The position numbers and the translations under genes are program-made. A DNA stretch of 64,000 nucleotides. Origin: an uncultured delta proteobacterium. GTDB taxonomy: Bacteria; Myxococcota_A; Polyangia; Polyangiales; Houyiibacteriaceae. This document shows positions 51,415 through 60,716 of the stretch, one piece after another. The DNA lies in assembly GCA_963768985.1 (NCBI GenBank), contig CAVYJZ010000009.1:650188-714187 (forward strand). The letters are read 5' to 3'. How positions within the stretch are numbered: position 1 is the stretch's first letter; the number at the start of each line of letters is the position of its first letter. The notes beneath the pieces were generated by a model. It did no database searches. It saw only the letters and a list, made by a program, of their open reading frames with translations, and was not told the DNA's origin.

Positions 51415-52062
51415 CTACGCCTGGTCTGTCCCGCAGGCTACGCCCGTGCCACCCAACCCACAGTAGCCCGTTGGATTCTTCGCCAGGTACTGCTGATGAT
51501 AGTCCTCGGCGTAGTAGAAAGTCGGGGCTGCGATGATCTCCGTCGTGATGGAGCCGTACCCCGCGTCTCGGAGCGCGTTCTGATAGCGTCGAAGCGAGTC
51601 CGTCGCCAGCTCGTGCTGTGAATCATCGAAGTAGTAGATGCCCGACCGGTATTGCGTCCCTCGGTCATTGCCCTGAGCCATGCCCTGGGTCGGGTCGTGG
51701 CTCTCCCAGAAAGTCTCGAGGAGTCGATCGTAACCGAGCTCGCCGGGCCTGTACACCACGAGGACGACCTCGTTGTGTCCGGTCCGTCCCGAGCAAACCT
51801 CCTCGTACGTAGGGTTCGGGGTGTGGCCGGCGGCATAGCCGACCGCCGTCGTGTACACACCGCGGGTTTGCCAAAATTTCCGTTCCGCACCCCAGAAACA
51901 ACCAAGGCCGAACATCGCTTTGCGCGTATCGTCGGGAAAGGGTTCTTGCAAGGGAGCGTCGAGGACGAAGTGGCGGGCCGCGACGGGCATCTTCACATTG
52001 CGCCCGGGCAGCGCCTGTTCAGGGGTTGGCATTCGGAGCTTTTTCTCGGACTGGAAGAACAT
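51415..52062 (-). CDS. msrA: Peptide-methionine (S)-S-oxide reductase
   Basis: 215 aa from the ATG at 52062 (GGAGG 5 nt upstream). [13 protein letters not shown]...[18 protein letters not shown]...[10 protein letters not shown]...GYCGLGGTG aligns along its whole length with my recollection of E. coli MsrA. Confidence 0.9.
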   Translation of the reverse strand: MFFQSEKKLRMPTPEQALPGRNVKMPVAARHFVLDAPLQEPFPDDTRKAMFGLGCFWGAERKFWQTRGVYTTAVGYAAGHTPNPTYEEVCSGRTGHNEVVLVVYRPGELGYDRLLETFWESHDPTQGMAQGNDRGTQYRSGIYYFDDSQHELATDSLRRYQNALRDAGYGSITTEIIAAPTFYYAEDYHQQYLAKNPTGYCGLGGTGVACGTDQA

Positions 52063-52135
52063 ACCCCCTCCATAGAGAGATTGAGACGCGCGCGGTAGCC
52101 CCCCCGGCGCCCCGGTCCTTGGCGACCCTGCGATA

Positions 52136-52918
52136 GTGCGATACGGAGACCGAGTGGACGAGCAGGTCATCTCCCATATCGTCCGGCGCCTTCGGGACAG
52201 CCGGAGCGTCCTTTTCATCACCGGCGCGGGGGTGTCCGCCGATTCGGGTCTACCCACGTACCGAGGCATCGGAGGCCTGTATGAGCAGGACGAGACGGAC
52301 GATGGGATCCCGATCGAAGCGGCCCTTTCCGGCGGGATGTTCCGGCGCAATCCAGCGATCACCTGGAAGTACATCCATCAGATCGAAAGCTCGTGCCGCA
52401 ATGCGGGTCCCAATCGGGCCCACGAAGTCATCGCGGAGCTCGAGCGCCGTTTCGACCGCGTGTGGACGCTGACCCAGAACGTGGATGGCTTGCATCATGC
52501 TGCGGGCAGCACTTGCGTGATCGACATTCACGGCGATGTGCATCGACTGGTCTGTACGCGCTGCGGTCATCGGTGGCGCGTCACGAGCTACTTGGGCCTG
52601 GACATCCCGCCTTCGTGCCCGGAGTGCGCCTCGTTGGTGAGACCCGAGGTGGTCTTGTTTGGTGAGATGCTGCCGTTCGATCGTACCAAGCTGCTGCAGG
52701 AGCAACTCACTCATGGCTTCGATGCGGTATTCTCCATCGGGACGACGAGTGTTTTTCCGTACATCGCCGAGCCTGTCATCGATGCGCGTCGCCGTGGAGC
52801 GCTCACCGTCGAAATCAATCCCGGCACGAGCGAAGTGTCGCGCATCGTCGACTATCGCCTTCGAATCGGGGCTGCGGATGCGATGGATGCACTTGTGCGC
52901 GGCCTCGACCGCGTCTAG
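52136..52918 (+). CDS. cobB: NAD-dependent protein deacylase (Sir2 family)
   Basis: 260 aa. [25 protein letters not shown], Zn ribbon CTRCGH...[17 protein letters not shown]. Confidence 0.85.
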   Translation: MRYGDRVDEQVISHIVRRLRDSRSVLFITGAGVSADSGLPTYRGIGGLYEQDETDDGIPIEAALSGGMFRRNPAITWKYIHQIESSCRNAGPNRAHEVIAELERRFDRVWTLTQNVDGLHHAAGSTCVIDIHGDVHRLVCTRCGHRWRVTSYLGLDIPPSCPECASLVRPEVVLFGEMLPFDRTKLLQEQLTHGFDAVFSIGTTSVFPYIAEPVIDARRRGALTVEINPGTSEVSRIVDYRLRIGAADAMDALVRGLDRV

Positions 52919-52930
52919 GGTAGTCGCGCG

Positions 52931-53614
52931 ATGGGGGACGACGAGAGACCAAATCGTTACGGCGACGAGTACGAGGAATCGGTCCAATTGTCGGACGGGC
53001 AAAAGGTGCTGCTACGCACGATCCGTCCCTCGGACAAGCAGATGTTCTTGGATGCCTTCGAGCGCCTATCGCCCGAATCACGGTATGCGCGATTCATGAC
53101 ATCCAAGACCAAGCTCTCCGAGCAGGAGCTGCGCTATCTCACGGAGATCGACGGGATCAACCATTTTGCGATCGGCGCGATTCGACGGCACCTGATGGGG
53201 AAGGACGAGGGCGTCGGCAGCGCGCGCTTCGTGCGCTTGACCGACCGGCTCGATACTGCGGAGCCCGCCGTCACGGTGGCCGATGACTTCCAGGGCAAAG
53301 GGCTCGGGTCGCTCATGCTCCAACGGCTCATCGAGGCGGCCTGGGAGCGCGACATCCGTTGGTTCTGCACCGAGGTCCTGAGCGAAAACACCGCGTCTAA
53401 GCGCTTGATCGAGTCACTGAGCCCGGACGTGAAGTTCCATCCATCCGGGGACGGTGCGGTCGTCGCGACGCTGCCAATTCCAGAGCCCGATCGGACGCCA
53501 ACGGCACCTGGGTTCCTCGTCGGAACGGCGCTCCAGAGGCTCTTGTCGTACGTTGCGCGCGACCAGATTTCGATTCGACCCCGCGTGACGCGGCCCCCGG
53601 AAGCACCTCGCTAG
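52931..53614 (+). CDS. GNAT-family N-acetyltransferase, Pat-type protein lysine acetyltransferase domain (stand-alone)
   Basis: 227 aa. SRYARFMTSKTKLSEQELRYLTEIDGINHFAIGA resembles the Pat GNAT signature (RFF...LS...L.R.TQIDYDRE). Acetyl-CoA loop FQGKGLGSLML. 12 nt after the sirtuin gene. Confidence 0.75.
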   Translation: MGDDERPNRYGDEYEESVQLSDGQKVLLRTIRPSDKQMFLDAFERLSPESRYARFMTSKTKLSEQELRYLTEIDGINHFAIGAIRRHLMGKDEGVGSARFVRLTDRLDTAEPAVTVADDFQGKGLGSLMLQRLIEAAWERDIRWFCTEVLSENTASKRLIESLSPDVKFHPSGDGAVVATLPIPEPDRTPTAPGFLVGTALQRLLSYVARDQISIRPRVTRPPEAPR

Positions 53615-54180
53615 GACACCTGCACCGGGAACATCATCGGGGCCCGCACGTGCACCATGCGCTGTGCGTCTGTGAGCGTGCCGACGATGCGCAATGCGAA
53701 TGCAAATGCGGTGCCGGGACCACGACTCGTGATCAGGTTCCCATCGGCCACCACGGAATGTTCGCTGTACTCGCCCCAATCTTCAATGACCGCCTTGACG
53801 CTGGGATGGCTCGTGAGCTGCCGATGCTGGAAGACCCCGTGCGCCTGGAGCGCGATCGGCGCCGCACAAATCGCCCCGACCCACCGACCGCTCTGCTCTT
53901 GGCTGCGAAGGATCTCCCCGACCTTGGCGGATTGGGCCAATCTTTGCGCTCCCTCGGCCCCGCCAGGGAGAACGACGATATCGAAGTCACCGTCGACTCT
54001 CTCGAGGGCAACGTCGGGAATGATGACGACGCCGCGGCTGCACCGAACCGGTTCGTCGCCATCGACGCCGGCGACCGTCACGACGATCCCGCCGCGACGC
54101 AAGACGTCGATGCTGATGACGGCTTCGATCTCTTCACTGCCCTGCGCGAGCAGGACCAAAGCGGTGGGCTTTTCGGTCAT
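53611..54180 (-). CDS. DJ-1/PfpI family protein
   Basis: 189 aa from the ATG at 54180 (ATGA overlap with the upstream stop). LPGGAEGA and the nucleophile elbow GAICAAP. Confidence 0.85.
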   Translation of the reverse strand: MTEKPTALVLLAQGSEEIEAVISIDVLRRGGIVVTVAGVDGDEPVRCSRGVVIIPDVALERVDGDFDIVVLPGGAEGAQRLAQSAKVGEILRSQEQSGRWVGAICAAPIALQAHGVFQHRQLTSHPSVKAVIEDWGEYSEHSVVADGNLITSRGPGTAFAFALRIVGTLTDAQRMVHVRAPMMFPVQVS

Positions 54181-54794
54181 TGCAAATCTTCGCAGCTTCG
54201 AGACTTGTCGGCTTTGCAGATCTCCGCGATTCGGGCGCGGAGCGCGCCCTCGAGACTGGTGAGGCCCAAGCTCTTGGCCAAATCGATGGCTGCCGCAGGG
54301 CTCATGCGGTCGACCACGAAGGCTTTCAGGCCCAGCAGTGCGCTGACGCGCTGCCCGACGCTGCAATGCACGACCGCGGGCCTCGCGTCTCGCGCGTTGA
54401 TGGTCTTGGCGAGCGCGCGCGCGTTGCTTTCGGTGAGCCCCGCCGCGCCGGCGACGGGAATCGAGACGTAATGCATGCCCATGCGTTCCACCGCGGCCTG
54501 TTCGCCCTCGTCGCCGAGCTCGCTCGGGACCCGAAGATTGACGACTGTTCGATACCCAGCCTGCTGAATCGCTTTGAGTTGCTCAGGGGAGGGCTGACCG
54601 CCAATGAGAAGGCCGGTGGTAGTGACCCGCGCGTTCGGGATCGGAATGAGCACGGGCGTCTGGTCGATGTTTCTCGGTGAGATGGGCTTGCCTGGTGGCG
54701 CTTGAGCCGCGGCCCCGGCGATGAGGCCGAGCGCGACGCCCATCATGAGGACACCGGAGAGGAGCATTGCACGGTGGGACATAACGAGACTCAT
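54177..54794 (-). CDS. Exported DUF442 / PTP-like (TIGR01244-type) protein
   Basis: 205 aa from the ATG at 54794 (ATGA overlap with the TPP-enzyme stop). Signal peptide ...MLLSGVLMMGVALGLIAGAAAQA. Active-site-like VVHCSVGQRVS (HC-X4-R). Confidence 0.6.
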   Translation of the reverse strand: MSLVMSHRAMLLSGVLMMGVALGLIAGAAAQAPPGKPISPRNIDQTPVLIPIPNARVTTTGLLIGGQPSPEQLKAIQQAGYRTVVNLRVPSELGDEGEQAAVERMGMHYVSIPVAGAAGLTESNARALAKTINARDARPAVVHCSVGQRVSALLGLKAFVVDRMSPAAAIDLAKSLGLTSLEGALRARIAEICKADKSRSCEDLQ

Positions 54795-56524
54795 CCGACG
54801 GTATGGCGCTTGAGCGCGCGACCTATGTAACGAACTTTTTGGCCCAATGGAAAGCGCCCGAGGTTCACCTTGACCACGCCTTGGGTGAACGCGCTCTTGC
54901 GCGAGTAGTCGATGTTGACGTCGACGATCACGGGTCTTCCCGTGCCAGCGATCGTGAGCGCCTCGTCGATGGCTTGATCGATCTCCAGGTCGCTGTCCAT
55001 CTTGACGTATGCTGCGCCCGTGGCGGTCGCTACGCCTTGAATCTGCAATTGGCCAGTGACCGTGCACGTCTTGTCCTTCAGTGGAATCGCCTGCAACTGC
55101 GAGATCTGCGCGAGCTCCCCGTCGTGGAAGACGAAGAACACGGCTCCCAGCTCGTTCGTCGTGGCAGTGAGGATCTCCAGCGCCGTCATCATGAAGGCCC
55201 CGTCCCCGACGATTGCGCAGACCTGCTTGTCGGGGTGGGATAGCTTCACTCCAATCGTCCCGGGTACGCAGTAACCCATGCAGTTGAAGTCGGTCGGAGA
55301 AATGAAGTGCTTCGACTCGTAGACGGGAAACTGCTCAGCAGCCAAGAATGTGTGGTTGCCGTCATCGATGACGAGGTATGCATCGCGGTCGAGCTTCTTC
55401 CGGAGCTGTCGAAAAAAGATCCCCGGGCTGACCTTCTCCTCGTTGGTCTTGCTGGTCCAGCTCGTGAAAAAGGCTTTCTTCTCTTGTGCGATGCGCTGCT
55501 CGAGGTCGCTTCGATCCGGTGGACTAAACCGTTCTCTCTTCAGTGCTTCGAGCAGGGTCATCATGAAGAGCTCGCCGTCGGACTGTATCGCCACGGTGGC
55601 TTGGTAGTTCTTGCTGAACACCTCGGGATCGATGTCGACGTGGATCAGGGTTTCTGGAATCGGCATCCCGTAGCTTCCCGTCGCGAGCTCCGCGAACCGA
55701 ACACCGACCGCCAGAAGGCAATCCACGTCCTCAAACGCCTTGCGCGCTGCCGGGACAGCGGATGGCCCGAAGCCAAATCCTGCATGCAGTGCGTGGTCGT
55801 GCGGGAAGACGCTGATGCCTTGCAGCGTTGTCGACACTGGCGCCCCCAAGAGCTCCGCGACTTCCATGCTCCATTTCGTTGCTTCGCGCGCCCCCCATCC
55901 GAGATACATCCCGGGGTGCTTCGCATTGCGCAGGAGCTGGACCGCACGCCGGATCACGGCAGGATCGGGCATGGGCGGCTGGTACGTAGGCACGAACCGG
56001 GGAACCTCAGCGACCTCCGCCGTGAACATCTGCACGTCGCCAGCGATTTCGACGAACACCGGGCCCGGAAGTCCGGACGTCGCAATTTCATAGGCCTTGT
56101 AGATCGTGGACACGACGTCGTCGTGCTTGTCGACGAGGAAAGCTGCTTTCGTGATGCCATCGAGCACGCGTTGTTGATCGAGTTGGTGCAGCTGGTAATG
56201 CCTGCCCGAGTCGCGGCGGATGCCACCGGAGATGACGAGCAATGGAACACCGTCGAGATAGGCTTCGCCAATTCCGCTCATTGCGTGGGTCATCCCCGCT
56301 GCGGGCACGATGAGAAGGCAGCCGATGCTATCGCTGACGCGGCTGAATGCCTCGCCCATGAAGCTCCCGCCTTGCTCGTGGGTCACGAGCATCGGGGTGA
56401 TTTGCTCGCTGCGGTTGAGCTGGTCGTAGATCTCGATGTTATGAACCCCCGGAATGCCGAACGTGTACTTCACCCCAATGTTTTCGAGCGCGCGTGCCGT
56501 CAACCATGCGCCGCTTTGCTTCAT
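54791..56524 (-). CDS. Thiamine-diphosphate-dependent enzyme (acetolactate-synthase-like fold, unknown specificity)
   Basis: 577 aa. N-terminal Pyr domain (GIPGVHNIEIYD...VTHEQGGSFMGEAF) and C-terminal PP domain with IVGDGAFMMT. GAGG RBS is upstream. Confidence 0.85.
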   Translation of the reverse strand: MKQSGAWLTARALENIGVKYTFGIPGVHNIEIYDQLNRSEQITPMLVTHEQGGSFMGEAFSRVSDSIGCLLIVPAAGMTHAMSGIGEAYLDGVPLLVISGGIRRDSGRHYQLHQLDQQRVLDGITKAAFLVDKHDDVVSTIYKAYEIATSGLPGPVFVEIAGDVQMFTAEVAEVPRFVPTYQPPMPDPAVIRRAVQLLRNAKHPGMYLGWGAREATKWSMEVAELLGAPVSTTLQGISVFPHDHALHAGFGFGPSAVPAARKAFEDVDCLLAVGVRFAELATGSYGMPIPETLIHVDIDPEVFSKNYQATVAIQSDGELFMMTLLEALKRERFSPPDRSDLEQRIAQEKKAFFTSWTSKTNEEKVSPGIFFRQLRKKLDRDAYLVIDDGNHTFLAAEQFPVYESKHFISPTDFNCMGYCVPGTIGVKLSHPDKQVCAIVGDGAFMMTALEILTATTNELGAVFFVFHDGELAQISQLQAIPLKDKTCTVTGQLQIQGVATATGAAYVKMDSDLEIDQAIDEALTIAGTGRPVIVDVNIDYSRKSAFTQGVVKVNLGRFPLGQKVRYIGRALKRHTVG

Positions 56525-56527
56525 GGG

Positions 56528-58153
56528 TTACCTCACGCCTTGGCCGCTGTTGATCGCCCGAGCGGCAACGCGGCCTGAATATACACAGCCTCCCAGGAAC
56601 GTTCCCTCGAGTGCGCGCTTTCCGTGCATTCCGCCCCCGCCAAAGCCGCAGGCCTCGCCGACCGCGAATAGATTGGGGATGGCATTGCCACTCTTGTCGA
56701 GAACCTTCGCATCGAGGTCCACTTGGATGCCGCCGAGGCTCTTGCGCGTCAGGATCTGCATGCGAATCGCGATGAGCGGCATGGCGTCGGGGTCGACGAT
56801 GCGCGCCATGTTGCAGGTCCGCAGCCGGTCGCCGAGATATTGGCGGACGTGCGCGATGCGCCGAAGCTGGTCATCGTTCTGAAACTTGGGGCCTCGGGCG
56901 ATGTTTTCGTCGTAGTCGGCGATGTCACGTTCGAGTTGCCTCGCGTCGACGTCGTTCGTGCCGGTGAGCGCGTTCATCTTTTCGGCGAGCTCCGTGACGC
57001 TGCCCGCAGTGACGAAGTCCGGGCAGTGATCGATGAACTCCTGGACCTGCTCTCCGTTGCCTTTGAGCAGCCGCAGGATGAACGCGAAGAGCTTCTTGTC
57101 CCGAACCGCAGGGTTGAATTCGGCTCCAGAAACCGCGAACTCCTTGTTCGCGATCTTTCGGTTCATGACCTGCCAGGAGTACTTCTTCTTTTCGCGGCAA
57201 ACCTGGTCGATCAGCATCAGCGTGTCGTAGGCGCCGACCAAAGGCGGGTCGACGAAGCGGCGTCCCTGGTAATTGACCCAGACTGGCGACTTGGCGGGAA
57301 CCAGGCTCAGCCCGTGATTCGGGAACAGCGGGGCCCAGTGGCGGACGCCGGCGGCGTAGTTCCACATCTTCTCGAGGTGTGTGATGTTTGCGCCGAGCTC
57401 TGCAGCGCGCTCGAGCAATCGGCCATCCGCTTCGGGGATCGAGCCGTTGAGCATCGGTTCCGGCGGCTCGCCCCACTGGTCTCTCGGCCAGACCTCGCGC
57501 ACTTTGTCGTGGTCGCCCGCGATCCCGCCAGCAGCGATGACCACGGCGTCGCCTCGAGCCTCGAACGACCCTGTGCTTCCCGTCCCGTGGCAGCCGACTA
57601 CGCGGCCCGCTTCCTGGGTGAGCGCATCGACCTTGTGCTCGAAGTGGAGCTGGAGTCGCCCGGTCTTTTCGTATGCCTCGAGGCGCGTGATCAGTGGTTT
57701 GACGATGCCCTCGCCCGTACCCCAGACGATGTGAAACCGCGGCACCGAGTTGCCCGGAATGAAGTACCCTCGCTCGGTCCAGTTGACGGCCCGGAACAAG
57801 CTCACATCGCGTTCAGCCAGCCAGCCACGCACCTCCTCGGTGCAGCGGTTGACGTACGCTTCTGCCCAGCGATACGGCCAGACATCCGCCGGGTCGAGCT
57901 CGCCATACCGAACCCAATCGCGCATCGCGAGGTCGACCGAGTCCTTGATGCCGTTCTTGCGCTGCTCGGGCGAGTCGACGAAGAACATGCCGCCAAACGA
58001 CCAGAGCGCGAGGCCGCCAAAACGATCCCGCGTCGCTGCATCCAGCATGACCACGCCTTTTCCCGCGTCGAGCAGCTCGAGGGCGGTCACCATTCCCGCG
58101 AGGCCGCCGCCGATGACGACGACCTCCGCTTCATATTTGCTCTTTCCAGCCAT
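56528..58153 (-). CDS. FAD-binding dehydrogenase (fumarate-reductase/KstD-like flavoprotein fold)
   Basis: 541 aa. AEVVVIGGGLAGMVTALELLDAG at the N-terminus and C-terminal ...NLFAVGEACGFGGGGMHG. Confidence 0.8.
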   Translation of the reverse strand: MAGKSKYEAEVVVIGGGLAGMVTALELLDAGKGVVMLDAATRDRFGGLALWSFGGMFFVDSPEQRKNGIKDSVDLAMRDWVRYGELDPADVWPYRWAEAYVNRCTEEVRGWLAERDVSLFRAVNWTERGYFIPGNSVPRFHIVWGTGEGIVKPLITRLEAYEKTGRLQLHFEHKVDALTQEAGRVVGCHGTGSTGSFEARGDAVVIAAGGIAGDHDKVREVWPRDQWGEPPEPMLNGSIPEADGRLLERAAELGANITHLEKMWNYAAGVRHWAPLFPNHGLSLVPAKSPVWVNYQGRRFVDPPLVGAYDTLMLIDQVCREKKKYSWQVMNRKIANKEFAVSGAEFNPAVRDKKLFAFILRLLKGNGEQVQEFIDHCPDFVTAGSVTELAEKMNALTGTNDVDARQLERDIADYDENIARGPKFQNDDQLRRIAHVRQYLGDRLRTCNMARIVDPDAMPLIAIRMQILTRKSLGGIQVDLDAKVLDKSGNAIPNLFAVGEACGFGGGGMHGKRALEGTFLGGCVYSGRVAARAINSGQGVR

Positions 58154-58334
58154 GGATCGCGGCGAGGATAGCAGGCGCCAGCGTCGGTGTCAGTGCGCGT
58201 ATCAGCTCGATCTACCGGCTTGCACTGCGCAAGCCGCTAGAATACGTGACAGTTCAAGCCTGTACTTCGAGATCTGCGACTTGGGGCCCGGGTGATGAGG
58301 TTACGGCCTTGCTGCCAGGGCAGTGTCTGGCCTA

Positions 58335-58751
58335 TCAGTTACAAGTGTCGGGGTCGGTCGTGCAGCTGGCGGTTTCACATACCCCGACGCTGAAAGCGAC
58401 CGGGGTGCTGTCATGGCCGTCCGGATCCGAAACCATTACGGTGCCAGGATATGTCGCAACATTTGGACAGCTGATCGTCGATACTGCGCCATCGATCGGG
58501 CCGTTGCAGCCACTGACGCTGCCGCTGTAGATCAGGTTTGCCACATTGGTGTCGGCGTCGGTTGCGGTCACCGTGACGACGACGTCCGATCGTGTGCCCT
58601 GGGCGCAGCCTGCTGCAGCCTCCCAGCTGATCGATGTGATGATGGGCGCTGCCGCCCCGTTGCCACCTGAGCCACCAGTACCCATGCTGGAGCTCCCACA
58701 ACCCAGTACCCCGAGTGCGCCGCCCAGCGTCAGAATCCAGAAAATTCGCAT
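58335..58751 (-). CDS. Small secreted lipoprotein, hypothetical
   Basis: 138 aa from the ATG at 58751. Lipobox LGVLGC, Gly/Ser linker, then a Cys-containing beta-rich domain. Confidence 0.5.
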   Translation of the reverse strand: MRIFWILTLGGALGVLGCGSSSMGTGGSGGNGAAAPIITSISWEAAAGCAQGTRSDVVVTVTATDADTNVANLIYSGSVSGCNGPIDGAVSTISCPNVATYPGTVMVSDPDGHDSTPVAFSVGVCETASCTTDPDTCN

Positions 58752-58881
58752 GTTCAACCTCCCCCTAAACCGGGCCCCAGGCATCCGGTGCTCGGAAAGC
58801 TAGCACGAATCGAGGCGCGACCGTCCTTCTTTTTGCCTCGTCCGGCAGCGTCGCCGCAGCCGCTGGGGTACGGTAAGTTCC

Positions 58882-59823
58882 ATGTCACAGGATTGGAATC
58901 TCGATCGGGTTCCCGACTTATCGGGACGTACGATTGTCATCACCGGCGCCAACAGCGGCATCGGGTATGAAGCGGCGCTCGCGTTTGCCAAGCGTAACGC
59001 CAGTGTGATCTTGGCCTGCCGAAATCAGGACAAGGCACGGGCCGCTGCCGATCGCATCCGACGCGAAGCGCCAAACGCGCCATTGGAGCTCATCGCGCTC
59101 GACCTCTCCGACTTGTCATCCGTGCACGCCTTTGCCGACGCATTCAGGCAAGGCCATTCGACGCTGAACGCCCTGATCAACAATGCCGGAGTGATGGCTC
59201 TTCCGAGGCGTCTCACCAAGGACGGCTTCGAGATGCAGTTCGGGACGAACCACCTCGGACACTTTGCGCTGACCGGACGCCTGATCGACGTGCTCTTGGC
59301 GACGCCCGGGTCGCGTGTCGTCAACGTGAGCAGCATCGCGCACAAGTTCGGAAAAATTCGCTTCCACGACCTCCAATGGGAGAAAGGCTACAGTAAATGG
59401 GCGGCGTACGGGCAGAGTAAGCTGGCGAACTTGCTCTTCACCCACGAGCTCGACCGCAGGCTCAAACAAGCCGGCGCCGACACGATTAGCGTCGCGTGTC
59501 ATCCGGGCTGGGCAGCGACCAATTTGCAGGAAGTTGGACCCAAGATGGAGGGCTCGAAGCTGATGGAGCGATTGAGCGCTTGGGGAAATGCATGGTTGGC
59601 GCAGGATGCGGCCGCGGGGGCGCTGCCCACGATCTTCGCCACGGTCGAACCCCTTCGCGGCGATGAATACATCGGTCCGACCCGCCTCATGGGATGGCAC
59701 GGTCCTCCCGAGCTCATCGAGCCGCTCAGCAAGGCACGCGACCCGGAAGTGGCCGAGCGATTGTGGGACGAATCGGAGCGCCTGACCGGGGTGCGCTTCC
59801 TCGACCGAACATCAGTCGTGTAG
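58882..59823 (+). CDS. Short-chain dehydrogenase/reductase (retinol-dehydrogenase/WWOX-like subgroup)
   Basis: 313 aa. ITGANSGIGYEAA (TGxxxGxG), NNAG, YGQSK (YxxxK). Confidence 0.85.
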   Translation: MSQDWNLDRVPDLSGRTIVITGANSGIGYEAALAFAKRNASVILACRNQDKARAAADRIRREAPNAPLELIALDLSDLSSVHAFADAFRQGHSTLNALINNAGVMALPRRLTKDGFEMQFGTNHLGHFALTGRLIDVLLATPGSRVVNVSSIAHKFGKIRFHDLQWEKGYSKWAAYGQSKLANLLFTHELDRRLKQAGADTISVACHPGWAATNLQEVGPKMEGSKLMERLSAWGNAWLAQDAAAGALPTIFATVEPLRGDEYIGPTRLMGWHGPPELIEPLSKARDPEVAERLWDESERLTGVRFLDRTSVV

Positions 59824-59825
59824 CC

Positions 59826-60716
59826 GTGACGAGCATTCGACGGGAGCGATTCGGAGAGTTCTCGATACTTCACCGGGAAGGGAGCGGCGAGTCGGACGTG
59901 ACCGTTCATTTCGCCCACGCGACGGGGTTCAATGCGGAGACCTATCGCGGTTTGTTGGATGACCTCCATGCGTCACTCGACGTCTATCTCATGGATGCGC
60001 GCGGTCATGGTAGGTCGACGGCGGTCGCCGACCCGAAGCGATTGCGTTCGTGGCGCCCCTATCGCGAGGATCTCGAGGCTTTCGTCGAGACGTTGAGACA
60101 ACCTCTCGTTCTCGCCGGCCACTCGATGGGAGCCACGGTCAGCTTGGAGCTCGCCGCGGCGCGGCCGAACCTGGTCAAGGGATTGGTGCTCATCGACCCG
60201 GTCATCATTGCTCCGCTCCAGATTCCGACGATAGCCGTGGCCCGTATCCTTGGCCTAGCTGAGCGTGGCGTCCCCATCGCCAAAGCGGCAGCCAAGCGGC
60301 GCATGGAGTTCCCCTCGAAAGAGGCCGCGATCGAGAACTTCGTCGGCAAGGGGCCGTTTCGCACCTGGCCGCGAAGCTGGATCGAGGCCTACGTGGAAGG
60401 CGGGACGATCGCGATCGAAGGAGGAGCGGTTCGTCTCAGCTGCGATCGTGCTTGGGAGAGCAGGACCTTCACGATGGCGACGGTGAACTCCTATCGCGCC
60501 CTTCGCAAGGTTCGCTGTCCGATCACCTTGTTCGCCCGGGAGCAGGCTGGTCCGCCGTTCAACGAAGCGTCCCGCAAGGCTTTCATGCGATGCGCTCCCG
60601 ATACGCGCTTATTGCTCCTCGAAGACGCGACTCACTTCATGGCGATGGAAAGCCCGGACATCGTCGTCGAAGAAATCAATCGAATGGCCGACACCGTTCG
60701 CTCAGAGCTCCGATAG
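59826..60716 (+). CDS. Alpha/beta hydrolase
   Basis: 296 aa from the GTG at 59826, 3 nt after the SDR stop. The track ORF 59694..60716 overlaps the SDR gene. Nucleophile elbow GHSMGA and C-terminal ATHFMAME. Confidence 0.8.
   Translation: MTSIRRERFGEFSILHREGSGESDVTVHFAHATGFNAETYRGLLDDLHASLDVYLMDARGHGRSTAVADPKRLRSWRPYREDLEAFVETLRQPLVLAGHSMGATVSLELAAARPNLVKGLVLIDPVIIAPLQIPTIAVARILGLAERGVPIAKAAAKRRMEFPSKEAAIENFVGKGPFRTWPRSWIEAYVEGGTIAIEGGAVRLSCDRAWESRTFTMATVNSYRALRKVRCPITLFAREQAGPPFNEASRKAFMRCAPDTRLLLLEDATHFMAMESPDIVVEEINRMADTVRSELR

Noticed and set aside
55307-58171. Two long plus-strand ORFs (55307..56578 and 56723..58171)
   Set aside because: They are antisense shadows of the TPP enzyme and FAD dehydrogenase genes.
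58216-58236. Perfect 8-bp hairpin CGGCTTGC-ACTGC-GCAAGCCG between the lipoprotein gene and the FAD dehydrogenase operon
   Set aside because: There is no U-tract on either strand. It may still be a weak terminator or a protein site, but I cannot support a call. A nearby CTGACA-17-TATCCT promoter-like string on the minus strand is equally unproven.
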